From a virus: a stretch of DNA of 64,000 nt. The position numbers and the translations under genes were made by a program. The stretch spans positions 32,001 through 96,000 of the IMG/VR virus record IMGVR_UViG_3300037462_000828, one strand, 5' to 3'. The notes beneath the pieces were generated by a model. It was not told the origin of the DNA. It did no database searches and saw only the letters and a list, made by a program, of their open reading frames with translations. The first letter of the stretch is position 1. The number at the start of each line of letters is the position of its first letter. Of this stretch, positions 54,069-63,695 are shown one piece after another.

Positions 54069-54614
54069 ATGAAACCAACCCCTCCGACGAAAACGCCCTT
54101 CGCTTACGAGTCAGCCGAGGCCCCGCCGTGGTACGCGTGCACCGGGTGCGCGACCGGGCCGGGCGTCAAGCTCTGGCGACCCGCGCACGACGACGCGGGC
54201 GCCCTGTGCGCCGCGTGCGTCGAACGGCGCGCGGGCCTGCCGCCGGGGCTCATCGGGGACGACGGCCGGTCGCCGACGAAGCACGGCGACGAGACCGACC
54301 AGGTCGGGGGCCGCGTGCCCTACGTCCCGTGCGAAGACGGCGAGAGCGCGTGGGGGTACACCAGCGTGCCCGCCGAGGGCGTCGCGTGGTGGCACGCGCT
54401 GCCGACCCGCCCCGCCGAGTCCGGCGCCGCCGCTCGGGCCGCCGCCTTCGACCGTATGTGGGCATCCCTGAGCAAGACGGTCGACCAACTGGTCAACCTG
54501 CGCGACCGTTACGCGACCGTCCTCGGCGGCCCCGACCGCATCGGCCAACTCGAGGCCGCCGCCGCGAGGGCGTCGGCGAGCGCCTCGTACTGGGGTCGGG
54601 TGGCCGGCCAATGA
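54069..54614 (+). CDS. hypothetical Zn-binding protein
   Basis: CTGC...GVKLWR...CAAC; WGYTSVP.EG..WW. Confidence 0.6.
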   Translation: MKPTPPTKTPFAYESAEAPPWYACTGCATGPGVKLWRPAHDDAGALCAACVERRAGLPPGLIGDDGRSPTKHGDETDQVGGRVPYVPCEDGESAWGYTSVPAEGVAWWHALPTRPAESGAAARAAAFDRMWASLSKTVDQLVNLRDRYATVLGGPDRIGQLEAAAARASASASYWGRVAGQ

Positions 54615-55112
54615 GCGACCGACACCCCCGAGCCTGCCGCGCGCCCGGATGCCCGAGGCGCGCCCCGACCGGCCAGTTTCTGTGCCTAGGGTGCCAGCAC
54701 GGCGGGCGCCCGCCGAGGCGGCTCGGCGCCGACGCGTGGCGCAAGGCGGCGCGGGCCGCCATGCCGACGATCGAGGCGGCGCTCCTGCGCCCGGGCGACG
54801 ATTGGTCGGGGGCGGCGTACCGACGGCCGAGCGCCGACGAGGTCGCCCGCGCGGCCCGGCGCATCGCTCGGTGCGCGCGCGGCGCCGAATACGCGGCGGC
54901 CGACTCGCGGGGCCTCGGGGGGCTCGCGCCGTGAGCCCCGTTCGCAACTGGGAGCGCGAGTACGAAGACCGCGCGCCTTTCGTCAACCAGGGCGTCATCG
55001 ACAACGCCGAGGCCGAAGAGGCCCGCGAGGACGCCGAACCCCGCCAAGCGATGCACGAAAGCCTCGCGCTCGACCTCGATGTTTGGGACGAAGACGAGGA
55101 AGGCGGTGCGCC

Positions 55113-55487
55113 ATGAGTTGCTCGTGCGACAACCCGGCGAAGGTCTGGGATCGGTCGACGCAGGCCGCCCGCAAGACCTACGCCTGCGAGGAATGCCACC
55201 ACCCGATCGCCAAGGGCGAGACCTACGCGCGCGTCGGGGCGCTGCACGATGGCGGCTGGCAGACGTTGCGCTTCTGCCTCTTCTGCGACGCGCTCGCCCG
55301 CGAGGCCCTGTCGGCCGGTTTCTGCTACGAAGAGGTCGGCGCCCTCTACCCCGACCTGCTCGGTTGGCTCAACGATGGCGTTTACAAGCAAACGCCGAAC
55401 GGCTTCATGGCCGTTGATACTCTCTACCGCGAGGGCGACGCCGCGCTCTTGCGCGACCTTCACGGCGCCGAGGTTCGAGAGCGATGA
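55113..55487 (+). CDS. small Zn-binding phage protein
   Basis: ARK...CEEC...I.KGE.Y...CLFC. Confidence 0.6.
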   Translation: MSCSCDNPAKVWDRSTQAARKTYACEECHHPIAKGETYARVGALHDGGWQTLRFCLFCDALAREALSAGFCYEEVGALYPDLLGWLNDGVYKQTPNGFMAVDTLYREGDAALLRDLHGAEVRER

Positions 55488-56080
55488 CACGCACGCCGAA
55501 ACGCGCCGAGTCGACGCCGGTCAAGGCGTGGCTGACGATCGAGGGGTGGCACGGGTCGACGACGACCGAGGTCGCCCTCGTCGGTATGACGAAACACCGG
55601 TTTCGCATCCGGGCGCTCCGCCCGACGCGCCTCGCCGGCCGGGGCCGCGTGCTCGAGACCGGGCACGAGGCCCTCGTGCCGAAGACCGCCGTTCGTCAGG
55701 GTAGAAGCGGCGGGCTCTTCGCGCCGGGCGAACTGCCCGACAGGGTGCCGAGCGAGGCCTCGCCGGATCCGCCGTCGTCGCGCCGGCCGGGCTTCGATTG
55801 CTGCGACGGATGCACCGCGCCGGGGTGCGACGGCGCCGCCCGGGTCGGGTCGCTCAAGCCCGGCGAGTGCGGTAGTTGTGCCGTCATGGGGCAGCCGTGC
55901 GGAGACCATCGCGGTCGCCCGGGCCCGCCGAGGTGTACCGCGTGCTGGGACGAACTCGGCCCCGAGGACGACGATTCGGGCCGCTGCGCCGGATGCGCCC
56001 TCGTCGCCCTCGAGAGCGACCCGAACTTTTGCGGCGAGTGCAACGCGAGCCCGTGCTTGTGCGAGGAAGCCTGCCCATGA
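55484..56080 (+). CDS. Cys-rich hypothetical protein
   Basis: many CxxC pairs in the C-terminal half. Confidence 0.5.
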   Translation: MTRTPKRAESTPVKAWLTIEGWHGSTTTEVALVGMTKHRFRIRALRPTRLAGRGRVLETGHEALVPKTAVRQGRSGGLFAPGELPDRVPSEASPDPPSSRRPGFDCCDGCTAPGCDGAARVGSLKPGECGSCAVMGQPCGDHRGRPGPPRCTACWDELGPEDDDSGRCAGCALVALESDPNFCGECNASPCLCEEACP

Positions 56081-56385
56081 CCCCCGAGAAGGCCGTCGCT
56101 GCGTTCGCCGAGTGCGAGCGCCTACTCTTGTCACTGCGCGGCCCAATCGAGCCGCGCCGCATCGACCCCGGCGCGATCGCTGACGACGAGACGGAGGCGG
56201 CCGCGCACCTGCTTTGGCTCTGCCGCGAGGGCGCCCAACTCGCGCGGGCCGGACGCGAGCAAAAGGCCGGTCGCTGGCTTGGCTTCGTCCAAGGGGCGCT
56301 TTGGTTCGGTGGCCACGCGTGCGTCGGAGAGTTGAAGAACATGAACCGACCCGACGATCGGCCGCCGCAGGGCGCGGGCCGATGA
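56077..56385 (+). CDS. hypothetical protein
   Basis: HLLW...KAGRWLGFVQGALW motif seen in phage proteins. Confidence 0.6.
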   Translation: MTPEKAVAAFAECERLLLSLRGPIEPRRIDPGAIADDETEAAAHLLWLCREGAQLARAGREQKAGRWLGFVQGALWFGGHACVGELKNMNRPDDRPPQGAGR

Positions 56386-56644
56386 GCGCCGGCCCCGTCG
56401 CGAACGACGCGCAAGAGGCCTTCGTCGTTTCGTGCGAGCGGAGCGGCGTGTGGTGTGCGCTCGAGCCCGACGGCGCGTTCCCCGCCTCCGTGTACCGCTT
56501 GCGCGTCCGGGGCCCCGGCGGCGACACGTGCTGGGTCAACGTTCTGCCCGACGGCACGTGGTGCTCGCCGCGCGCCCCTTGGTGGGCCGAGCGCGCCTTC
56601 GGCGACGCCCACGCCGCGGCCCGCGCGGCCTCCGCGCGTCGGCG

Positions 56645-56670
56645 CTAAAGAACGGCGGCGCCGGGCCGTT
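56645..56670 (+). promoter_or_regulatory. class C promoter motif
   Basis: CTAAA-N15-GCCGTT. Confidence 0.7.
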
Positions 56671-56708
56671 GCAACGAGAGCGCGCCGGGCGCGCGGGAGG
56701 TTTCGAGG

Positions 56709-57383
56709 ATGAACGATCCGAACCGAGGGTTTGACCTGTGCGTGCGCCTCGCCCCGGGCGCGCCCCCGTCGTGGGAGGCCGCGGGGGCGACCGACGCGCC
56801 GGGCATCATGCGCCGCGCGATGGCGCGAGCGGCCGAGCTTCCGGCCGGCGGCTGGGTCGGCGCCTTCAGGGGCGACAAGGGCCTCGCGACCTACGAGAAG
56901 CACGCCGACGGGAGCGTCGAGGAGCGCGTCGCCTTGGGGGTCGAGGGCGTCGCGCGCGAGCCCCAGCCGTCGGGGACGCGCGAGGGGTACGGCTACACCG
57001 CCGGGCCGGCGCTCGAGGCCGACGGCCTCTACGTTTTTACCAACAGCAAGGGACACCGGATGACCGTCGGGGGCCGCGTCGCCGTCGGCGAGGGCCGCGA
57101 CTGGCGCGCCTTCGAGTACGCGGGGCCGACCCGCGGTTTCTGGCACCACGTCAAGCTCGATGCCGACCCGGTCTGGCCCGCCTACACGAGGCTTTTAGCC
57201 ATGAGCAACCTACGGTCCCTGTTCGACGTCTGGATCTACTACGAGCGCGGCCGAGGGGCCCGCGCCGACGACGCGCCGGCCCGACGAAGGCGCGCGCGCC
57301 GAGCGCTCGACCGCGCCATCGCGAGGGCGCAGCGCGGGTGGGTACGCGACGGCCTGGCGGCGATCGCCGAGGGTCGGCCTTGA
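56709..57383 (+). CDS. hypothetical protein
   Basis: GGAGG RBS after class C promoter. Confidence 0.6.
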   Translation: MNDPNRGFDLCVRLAPGAPPSWEAAGATDAPGIMRRAMARAAELPAGGWVGAFRGDKGLATYEKHADGSVEERVALGVEGVAREPQPSGTREGYGYTAGPALEADGLYVFTNSKGHRMTVGGRVAVGEGRDWRAFEYAGPTRGFWHHVKLDADPVWPAYTRLLAMSNLRSLFDVWIYYERGRGARADDAPARRRRARRALDRAIARAQRGWVRDGLAAIAEGRP

Positions 57384-57606
57384 TGGCGCCCGACGAAGAG
57401 GCCGCGCCGGCCTTCGGCATCGTCGTGCTCCGATCCGACGGGCGCTACCGGATGCTTCGCGTCGACCGGGTTCCGCTGGTCGGCTACCGCTGGGTCGACG
57501 ACCTCGGCTTCCCCTGGGAGACCGACGACGGCCTCGCGTGGTCGAGCCCGCTTCGCGCCGCGCGAGGGCTTCCGTCGACCGCCGAAACCCAAGAGTGGTG
57601 GCCCTG

Positions 57607-58338
57607 ATGGCCTCCCGACGCCGAGGCCCGGCCGCGGGCGACCCGAAGGTCGCCGTCGCCTACCTGCGCGTCTCGACCGACGAGCAGCACCTCGGGCCCG
57701 AGGCCCAGCGCGAGCAGATCGAGCGATGGGCCGCCGGCCGGGGCGTCCGGGTCGCCGCCTGGCACGTCGAGCACGTGTCGGGCGCCGCCCCGCTCGCCAA
57801 GCGTCGGGCGCTCGAGGCGGCCGTCGGCGAACTCGGGCCGCTCGGGGCCGGGCTTTTCGTCGTCGCCAAGCGCGACCGGCTCGCCCGCGACATGGTCGCC
57901 GCCGCGATGATCGAGGCGCTCGTTCGGCGGGCCGGGGCGCAGGTCGAGTCGGCCGACGGCGTCGGCTCGGGCGACGACCCGGGCGCGCAGTTGATGCGCG
58001 GCATCGTCGACCTGTTCGCCCAGTACGAGCGGGCGCTCATCCGGTACCGCACGAGCGCGGCGCTCGCGGTTAAGAAGGGCCGGGGCGAGCGCGTCGGTAC
58101 GGTGCCGTTCGGGTTCCGAGACAGGGGCGACGGCTTGCTCGAGACCGACGATCGGGAGCGGTCGGTCATCGTTCACGCGCTCACGCTCTCGGCCCGGGGG
58201 TTCGGGGTCGCGGCGATCGTCCGGTCGCTTCGGGAGCAGCAATACGTAGGTCGCACCAACCGATACCTGTCGGCTACCCAGGTAAGGCGCATTCTGGACG
58301 CCCACGCGACGAAGCCGAAAGAGGCTTCGCAAAAATAG
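57607..58338 (+). CDS. serine recombinase (resolvase catalytic domain + short recombinase DNA-binding domain)
   Basis: AYLRVSTDEQ, SG, KRDRLAR, FAQYER..I..RT, G.VPFGF. Confidence 0.92.
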   Translation: MASRRRGPAAGDPKVAVAYLRVSTDEQHLGPEAQREQIERWAAGRGVRVAAWHVEHVSGAAPLAKRRALEAAVGELGPLGAGLFVVAKRDRLARDMVAAAMIEALVRRAGAQVESADGVGSGDDPGAQLMRGIVDLFAQYERALIRYRTSAALAVKKGRGERVGTVPFGFRDRGDGLLETDDRERSVIVHALTLSARGFGVAAIVRSLREQQYVGRTNRYLSATQVRRILDAHATKPKEASQK

Positions 58339-58339
58339 G

Positions 58340-58359
58340 CACAGACCGGGCGGTCTGTG
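58340..58359 (+). terminator. hairpin after recombinase stop
   Basis: CACAGACC-GGGC-GGTCTGTG. Confidence 0.45.
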
Positions 58360-58481
58360 ATTGACCCGGCCGGCCTGCGCCTGGCCATCCTTGACCGCCG
58401 GTAAGTAAAACCATGCCCGATCGCTCCTTACTATACGCGCGCGAGCGCGTGCGCACGGGCGCGGGCACGCGCGCCCGGTCG

Positions 58482-58793
58482 TTACCACGACCCGGGCTCG
58501 TCTTCGCCGACGGCCACGGGCCGGCTCGCCGCCAGGTCGGTGATGGCCTGCGCGAGAGCGTAGGCCTTGGCCGTCGCCGACCGAAGGGCCTCTCCCGCCG
58601 CCCGCTTCGCCTCAAAGGCGGCTTGTTGCTCGCGCGTACGCCTCTCGGGCGTCGAGAGTAGGCTTAGCCCGGCCGCCCGGGCGGCGGCGATGGCCTCGCG
58701 TTCGACGGCCTCGGCTGCGTCGACCTCGTCGAGGGCGGCCCCGAGGGCGGTTTCGAGGTCGGCGCGGCGGGCTGCGTAGTCGGCGTCGGTCAT
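58482..58793 (-). CDS. small helical protein, leaderless
   Basis: only minus-strand gene in the right arm; ATG 6 nt after class B -10. Confidence 0.7.
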   Translation of the reverse strand: MTDADYAARRADLETALGAALDEVDAAEAVEREAIAAARAAGLSLLSTPERRTREQQAAFEAKRAAGEALRSATAKAYALAQAITDLAASRPVAVGEDEPGSW

Positions 58794-58799
58794 GTGCTC

Positions 58800-58828
58800 A
58801 ACCTACGCCGCAGTGGCGTACATGTCAA
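58800..58828 (-). promoter_or_regulatory. class B promoter/operator
   Basis: TTGACA-N17-TAGGTT; TACGCC-ACTGC-GGCGTA perfect dyad. Confidence 0.85.
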
Positions 58829-58876
58829 GGCCCTTGCCGCAGGCCCCCACTGACCGGGCCCATGCCAAGTTTAGGT

Positions 58877-58903
58877 CTAACGATCCGGCGCGGCCGCGAC
58901 GTT
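58877..58903 (+). promoter_or_regulatory. class C promoter motif (variant)
   Basis: CTAAC-N16-GACGTT, ATG 9 nt later. Confidence 0.55.
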
Positions 58904-58912
58904 TTCATGGGT

Positions 58913-59170
58913 ATGAACGCGACAACGAAGGCAGTGAACGACGGCTCGGCCACTTTCGCCCCCGGCGCCCGCCCTCGCGCCGCGGCCCTCGGCGCCGACG
59001 ACCTCGGCCGCCTCGCCCGCTACCACGCGGGCACGCGCGCCGGCCTCTACACCGAGCGCGCCGCCGCCGCCCTTCGCTTCCGAGCGGCTGGCCGGGTTGT
59101 CGCGGCGCTTGCCGCCGAGCGCGACTGCGCGGCCCTCGCCCCGTACGTCGCCGACGTGCTTTCCCTCTGA
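58913..59170 (+). CDS. hypothetical protein
   Basis: follows class C variant. Confidence 0.5.
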   Translation: MNATTKAVNDGSATFAPGARPRAAALGADDLGRLARYHAGTRAGLYTERAAAALRFRAAGRVVAALAAERDCAALAPYVADVLSL

Positions 59171-59240
59171 TCGCCAGACTGGCCGGCCGGCAACGGCCCC
59201 GTGCGGCCGGGGCGCCACGGCCACGGGGCACCCTGGGGGC

Positions 59241-59660
59241 ATGGCGATCGAAATCACTACCCACGTGGACGCCCCGTTTCCCGGCGTCGACCCGGCGGCG
59301 ATGGCCGCGGCGATGCGTCGAGAACTCGACGGGCCCGCCGCCGGCCTCGGCGCCGAGCCCGTGCCCCCGCCCGCCGACGACCTCGGCCCGCTCGCGGCCC
59401 TCGTTCACAAGATCCAGGCCATGCGCGCCGAGCTCGTCGGGCGCGTGCGCTCGGCGGCCGCGACCGCCCGCTGCGCCCGCGACCGCATCGCCTGCCGGGC
59501 CGGGGCCGCTGGCCTCGACGGTGACGCGAGCGAGCGCGCCCTGCTCGAGACGTCGCCCGACCACGTCGTCTTGGCCCAATCGCTCACGCGTGGCGATGCC
59601 TACAAAAACATGCTCGACGATCTCGACCGCCGGTTCGGCCTCGTCGGGGAGGCGCCCTGA
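59241..59660 (+). CDS. hypothetical protein
   Basis: normal composition. Confidence 0.5.
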   Translation: MAIEITTHVDAPFPGVDPAAMAAAMRRELDGPAAGLGAEPVPPPADDLGPLAALVHKIQAMRAELVGRVRSAAATARCARDRIACRAGAAGLDGDASERALLETSPDHVVLAQSLTRGDAYKNMLDDLDRRFGLVGEAP

Positions 59661-60220
59661 TGGGCTGGGCCCGTTCGGTCGGCCGCTGGGCCAAGGCCCC
59701 GGCGCCGCCCCGCCCGCTCTGCCGCCCGCCGAGCCGCTGGGTCTACTGGCTCAACGACGCGTTCGGCTGGCTCCGTGCCTACGCCGCCCCGGCCCGCGAC
59801 GCCCTGCCGATCGTCGGGGTACTCGCGCTCGTCGTCTGGACCGCCGTCGGCGTCGCCCTCGTCGCCCGCCTCGCCGGGGGCGCGCCTTGAGCGCCGCGAC
59901 CGCCGCGTGGCTCGGCGGGCTCGCCGCCGTCGTCGTCCTGCTCGTCGCCGACGCCGCGTCGTCGGCGCTCGCCGCGCTCGTCCCGAGCGACTGGGCCCCC
60001 GCCGCCCTCGGCGTCTCGTGGGTCGCCGTCGTCGGCGGCGCGACGGCCGCCATCGGCCGGACGCTCGACCGGCTCGAGGGCCGCCGGCCGTGAGGCGCTC
60101 GACCGCCTGGCGCGCCCTCGACGGGCTCGTCCTCGCCCTTTTGGTCGTCGGCCTCGGGCTCTGGGCCGCCGAGGTCGCCCTCGCCGTCGAGGCCTGGCTT
60201 TCTACCCTTCGGTGCGCCCG

Positions 60221-61438
60221 ATGACCCTCGCCGGCTACGTCAAGACCGCGACCCGACTCGTCACCCGCTACGCCCCCCTCGCCCGCGCGCTCGCCGACTC
60301 GATGCCGCGCCGGGGCGAGGGCCCGCTTCGCGGCGCGATGCGCCTCGCCGACTCGGCCGGCAAGGTCGCCGGCGCCTTCGGCCTGACCGACGACGCGAAG
60401 GGGGTCGCCGCCCACTTGCGCGCGCTCGGGCTCGAGCCGACCGGCAACGGCGATGCGCTCGTCGCCCTCTTCTGCGAAACGCCCCTGCGCGCCTCGCTCG
60501 ACGAGCGCAGCTACCACCTGACCGAGGACTTCGCGGTCGTATGCCTCCGGCACCCGACGGCCGGCGCGATGTACTTCGTCGAGTACCGCGGCGGGTCGAC
60601 GGGCCCCCAACTCTGGGGCGACGTCTGGGCGCCGCCCGGCTTCGACTTCGCGGCCGCCGCCGACGCGGCGTGGGCCGGCTTCGGCGGCCGCGCGTCCCTC
60701 TCGTTCGTCTGGAGCCCCCAGAACCACACCACGCGCCCCGTCTTTCCGCCAATGCCGCCCCCGGGCGCCCTCGCGGGCGAGGGCGCCGAGCGCCTCGACC
60801 GGTTCGTCGCCCGCCAGGCGAAGTTCGTCGCCGCCGGCGTCGCCCGCTGGCACCTCTTGCTCGGCCCCGCCGGCACGGGCAAGTCGACCTTCGCCGACCA
60901 TGCAGCCGGCCGGCTCGGCGGCCGCGTCCTGCGCGTCGACGGCGAGGCCTTGACGGGCGAAACGTCGTATCAACTCGGGCCCGCGCTCCGGGCGATGCGC
61001 CCCAACGCGCTTGTGCTCGACGACCTCGACCGCTCGGCCGACCTCGCCAAGGCGATGCCGCGCCTCTTGACAGCCGTGACCGACCTCCAAGCCGCGCGCC
61101 CTGACCTGACGGTCTACGTGACCGCCAACGCGATCGAGCGCCTCGCCCCGGTCGGGCCCGGCGGCGAGGTCGACGACGCGCTCGTCTCGCGCATCCACGA
61201 GATCCACGACTTCGCTCGGCCCGACGCCTCCGCGCGGGCGCGCGTGCTCGCCTCGTACCTCGAGGGGCTTCCGGATCGGCCCGACGGCGACGACCTCGCG
61301 CGCGTCGTCGCGGCGACCGACGGCCTTACCGAGCGCTACGTGCGCGACGCCGCCGTCGCGTTGCGGCACGACTCGGTCGACGACGTCGTCGCGATGATCC
61401 TCCGGCGCCGCGCGGTGCTTACGCGGGTGACCTCGTGA
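60221..61438 (+). CDS. AAA+ ATPase
   Basis: GPAGTGKS Walker A, LVLDDLD Walker B, VTAN sensor, SR finger. Confidence 0.88.
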   Translation: MTLAGYVKTATRLVTRYAPLARALADSMPRRGEGPLRGAMRLADSAGKVAGAFGLTDDAKGVAAHLRALGLEPTGNGDALVALFCETPLRASLDERSYHLTEDFAVVCLRHPTAGAMYFVEYRGGSTGPQLWGDVWAPPGFDFAAAADAAWAGFGGRASLSFVWSPQNHTTRPVFPPMPPPGALAGEGAERLDRFVARQAKFVAAGVARWHLLLGPAGTGKSTFADHAAGRLGGRVLRVDGEALTGETSYQLGPALRAMRPNALVLDDLDRSADLAKAMPRLLTAVTDLQAARPDLTVYVTANAIERLAPVGPGGEVDDALVSRIHEIHDFARPDASARARVLASYLEGLPDRPDGDDLARVVAATDGLTERYVRDAAVALRHDSVDDVVAMILRRRAVLTRVTS

Positions 61439-62037
61439 GCGCGCCCGCGTGCTTCGCACCGCCCGACGGGGTGCCCGTCGGCGAGCACCGCCGCGACGAG
61501 CGCGGCCGCTGCGAGCGGTGCGGCGACGAGCCGGCGCCCGTCGCCCCGTGCGCCCTGCCCCCGCCCGGCTGGTCGTGCGGCCGCGCCGGCGGGCACGAGG
61601 GTCCCTGCGCCGCCTCGCCGAGCGAGCCCGCGCCGAGGTCGTTTGGCGAAGCGATCCGTCGGGTCGGGGCCCGCCGCCGGCCGCCCCTTGCCGACTGGGC
61701 CGGCTGGGCCGGCTGGGCCGGCTGGGAGCGCCGGGCGGCGGTCGAAGGGGCTTGGTGGCTACAGTTGCCCGGGCCGCCGGCCGACCCCAACGGCGGCGAC
61801 CTCGTCGAGGTGGCGCCCGCTGTGATGTACAACGGCGCCGACCGGGGCGAGCCCGTCGTACTGCTCGAGATCGACGGGACGTGCGTCGTCAACGACACCG
61901 ACGCGTCCGTGCGGCCGCGCCTCTCGCCGGCGCAAGCGCGGGCCATGGCTCGGCTGCTCGAGGGCGCCGCCGACGAGGCCGAGCGCCGAGCGGCCGAGGT
62001 CGGCAACCCGACGGGCGGCACCGGCCTCGCGCGGTGA
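61435..62037 (+). CDS. hypothetical protein
   Basis: GTGA overlap; Cys/His-rich N-terminus; WAG repeat. Confidence 0.5.
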   Translation: MSAPACFAPPDGVPVGEHRRDERGRCERCGDEPAPVAPCALPPPGWSCGRAGGHEGPCAASPSEPAPRSFGEAIRRVGARRRPPLADWAGWAGWAGWERRAAVEGAWWLQLPGPPADPNGGDLVEVAPAVMYNGADRGEPVVLLEIDGTCVVNDTDASVRPRLSPAQARAMARLLEGAADEAERRAAEVGNPTGGTGLAR

Positions 62038-62107
62038 GGGCGCGCCGGGGGCGGGCAGGCTGACCGGGGAGAGGGGCCTACGCGCGCCCCGAGGACGACC
62101 CGACCCC

Positions 62108-62383
62108 ATGACCCCCCCGACCGACCCGCGCTGGGCGACCGCCCGCCGCGCCGCCCTCGCGTGGCTGCGCGCCCATTACCCGACCTACGCCGCCCGGCAC
62201 GAGGACTTCGTTCAGTCGGCGCTCGTCGCCCGCCTCGAGCGCGGCGACGCCTCGCCCCCGGCCGAGGCCGCTCTCGTCTCGGCCGTGCGCGACCGAGCCC
62301 GGGCGCTCTTTCGGACGACGAAGCGCCGGGGCCCGCACGTCTCGACCGAGCAGGCCTGGGGCGACCCTGGCGACGACGCCTGA
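62108..62383 (+). CDS. small protein, possibly sigma region 2-like
   Basis: HEDFVQSALV.RL...AL..AVRDRAR.LFR. Confidence 0.4.
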   Translation: MTPPTDPRWATARRAALAWLRAHYPTYAARHEDFVQSALVARLERGDASPPAEAALVSAVRDRARALFRTTKRRGPHVSTEQAWGDPGDDA

Positions 62384-62455
62384 TAGTCAAGCGATGCCGG
62401 GCACTTGCGAGCCGTTCGGGATACGCGGCCCATTGGTAGGTAGAGGCACCGGACG

Positions 62456-62740
62456 ATGAGCCACGACGAGACGACCGACGACGCCCTCGACCGCGCCGGC
62501 TTCGAGGGCCTGATGGCCTCGCTCGGCGTACGCCTCGACCTCGCCCGCCGCGACGCCGCCGTCGGGTTCGGCGGCGGCCCCGAGGTCGTCGCCGTCGTCG
62601 CCGTGCCGTGGGTCTGGAACGACCCCTCGGCTTGCCTCTGCCGCCTTCACGCGCTCTGCGAGGGTCCCGACGGCCTCTTCGTCGTCGCCCTCGACCGGCG
62701 CGTTCGCTACGCCCGCCTGCGCCGCTTCGACGCACACTAG
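62456..62740 (+). CDS. hypothetical protein
   Basis: GAGG RBS. Confidence 0.5.
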   Translation: MSHDETTDDALDRAGFEGLMASLGVRLDLARRDAAVGFGGGPEVVAVVAVPWVWNDPSACLCRLHALCEGPDGLFVVALDRRVRYARLRRFDAH

Positions 62741-62778
62741 GGGCGGCCCCTCGGGCCCGCCCGAGGAACCGACCGCCC

Positions 62779-63075
62779 ATGACGTCCCCCCGCCTCGCTC
62801 TCGCCCTCGTCGCCGCCCTTCTGCTCGCTCCCGCCCTCGGGTGCTCTGACGAGGACGCCTCCCCCGAGGGCTCGGCCGGCGCCGCGGCGTCGCCCCCGCC
62901 CGACCGCCTCGGCGTGTCCGCGGTCTACGACCCGGTCGGCGACATCTGGAGCTACTGCGACGTCTGGAACCACTGCACCCCCATCGGCGGCGAAGGCGGC
63001 CCCGCGCCGGCCCCGGGGCCCTCGCCCCCGCCGCCCCCTCCCCCGCCCTGCGGCCCCGTGCCGTACGGCTGCTAA
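62779..63075 (+). CDS. putative lipoprotein
   Basis: signal MTSPRLALALVAALLLAPALG-C lipobox. Confidence 0.7.
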   Translation: MTSPRLALALVAALLLAPALGCSDEDASPEGSAGAAASPPPDRLGVSAVYDPVGDIWSYCDVWNHCTPIGGEGGPAPAPGPSPPPPPPPPCGPVPYGC

Positions 63076-63084
63076 GACGACCCG

Positions 63085-63107
63085 GCCGGCGGCGCCCCCG
63101 CCGGCTT
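63085..63107 (+). terminator. hairpin after lipoprotein gene
   Basis: GCCGGCGG-CGCCC-CCGCCGGC-TT. Confidence 0.45.
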
Positions 63108-63600
63108 GCCCCCCGCGATGGGGGCGCCTGACGCGAGAGCTTCCCCGCACCTCGGGGCGGCCGAGACCGCAACGGGCGCCCTTGGGTAGCTGCCGGCCCG
63201 TCACCTCGGTCGCGCCGTCAAGGGCGCGCGGGGCTCGGGCCGCCGACGTGCGATTCGATTGGACGCGCGCCGGCCCCCCGCCGAAAGCCCCCGCGAGGGC
63301 GGCCGAGTAGTCGGGGGAGCGGTGACATCGTCGGCGCGCCTGGCCCCCGGGTCTCGCGCGTCAGCCCCTCGGGGGCAGGCCCCGCCCGGGCCATTACGGG
63401 CAGCCCCGGGCGCGGGGCAACTCTTGCCGACCCACCACGCGTGGGCACGGTAGCGAGGTCGCCCCGGCGGCCTCAGCCCCCCGCCGGCGCAAAGGCCGGC
63501 GGTCAACCCTTGAGGGCTCGGCAGGCCCTCCGCTGCCCTTCGCGTTGGGCAGTCAACCGGCGCCGCGAGCGATCGCGCGCCGTGCCGAATGCGTGGCCCC
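63108..63600 (+). ncRNA. candidate large structured non-coding RNA
   Basis: no credible ORF; nested helices 63128-35/63357-64, 63241-48/63329-36, 63435-50/63580-96 and several local hairpins; strand assumed from the adjacent tRNA-like element. Confidence 0.45.
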
Positions 63601-63613
63601 GGCATCGGGGCGG

Positions 63614-63695
63614 TCGCGCGGGTCGGTCGGTACCGAGCGTCGAGCCAGCGCGACGGCGCCCTCGAGCGAAGCGGGTTCGAGTCCCGCCGCGTGAG
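63614..63695 (+). tRNA. tRNA-like cloverleaf (non-canonical or pseudo-tRNA)
   Basis: acceptor TCGCGCG/CGCGTGA, D-like TCGGT/ACCGA, CGTCG/CGACG stem with 8-nt loop, long variable arm, T arm GCGGG-TTCGAGT-CCCGC. Confidence 0.55.

Noticed and set aside
57607-58338. IS607-family transposon
   Set aside because: Catalytic domain is N-terminal (no leading MerR-like HTH) and there is no adjacent tnpB
58274-58395. Small antisense ORF with TATAGT and AAGGAG upstream
   Set aside because: Overlaps the recombinase 3' end and has no recognisable features; cannot be supported from sequence alone
61696-61726. 9-bp tandem repeat CTGGGCCGG (WAG x3)
   Set aside because: Short in-frame slippage repeat with no evidence of function
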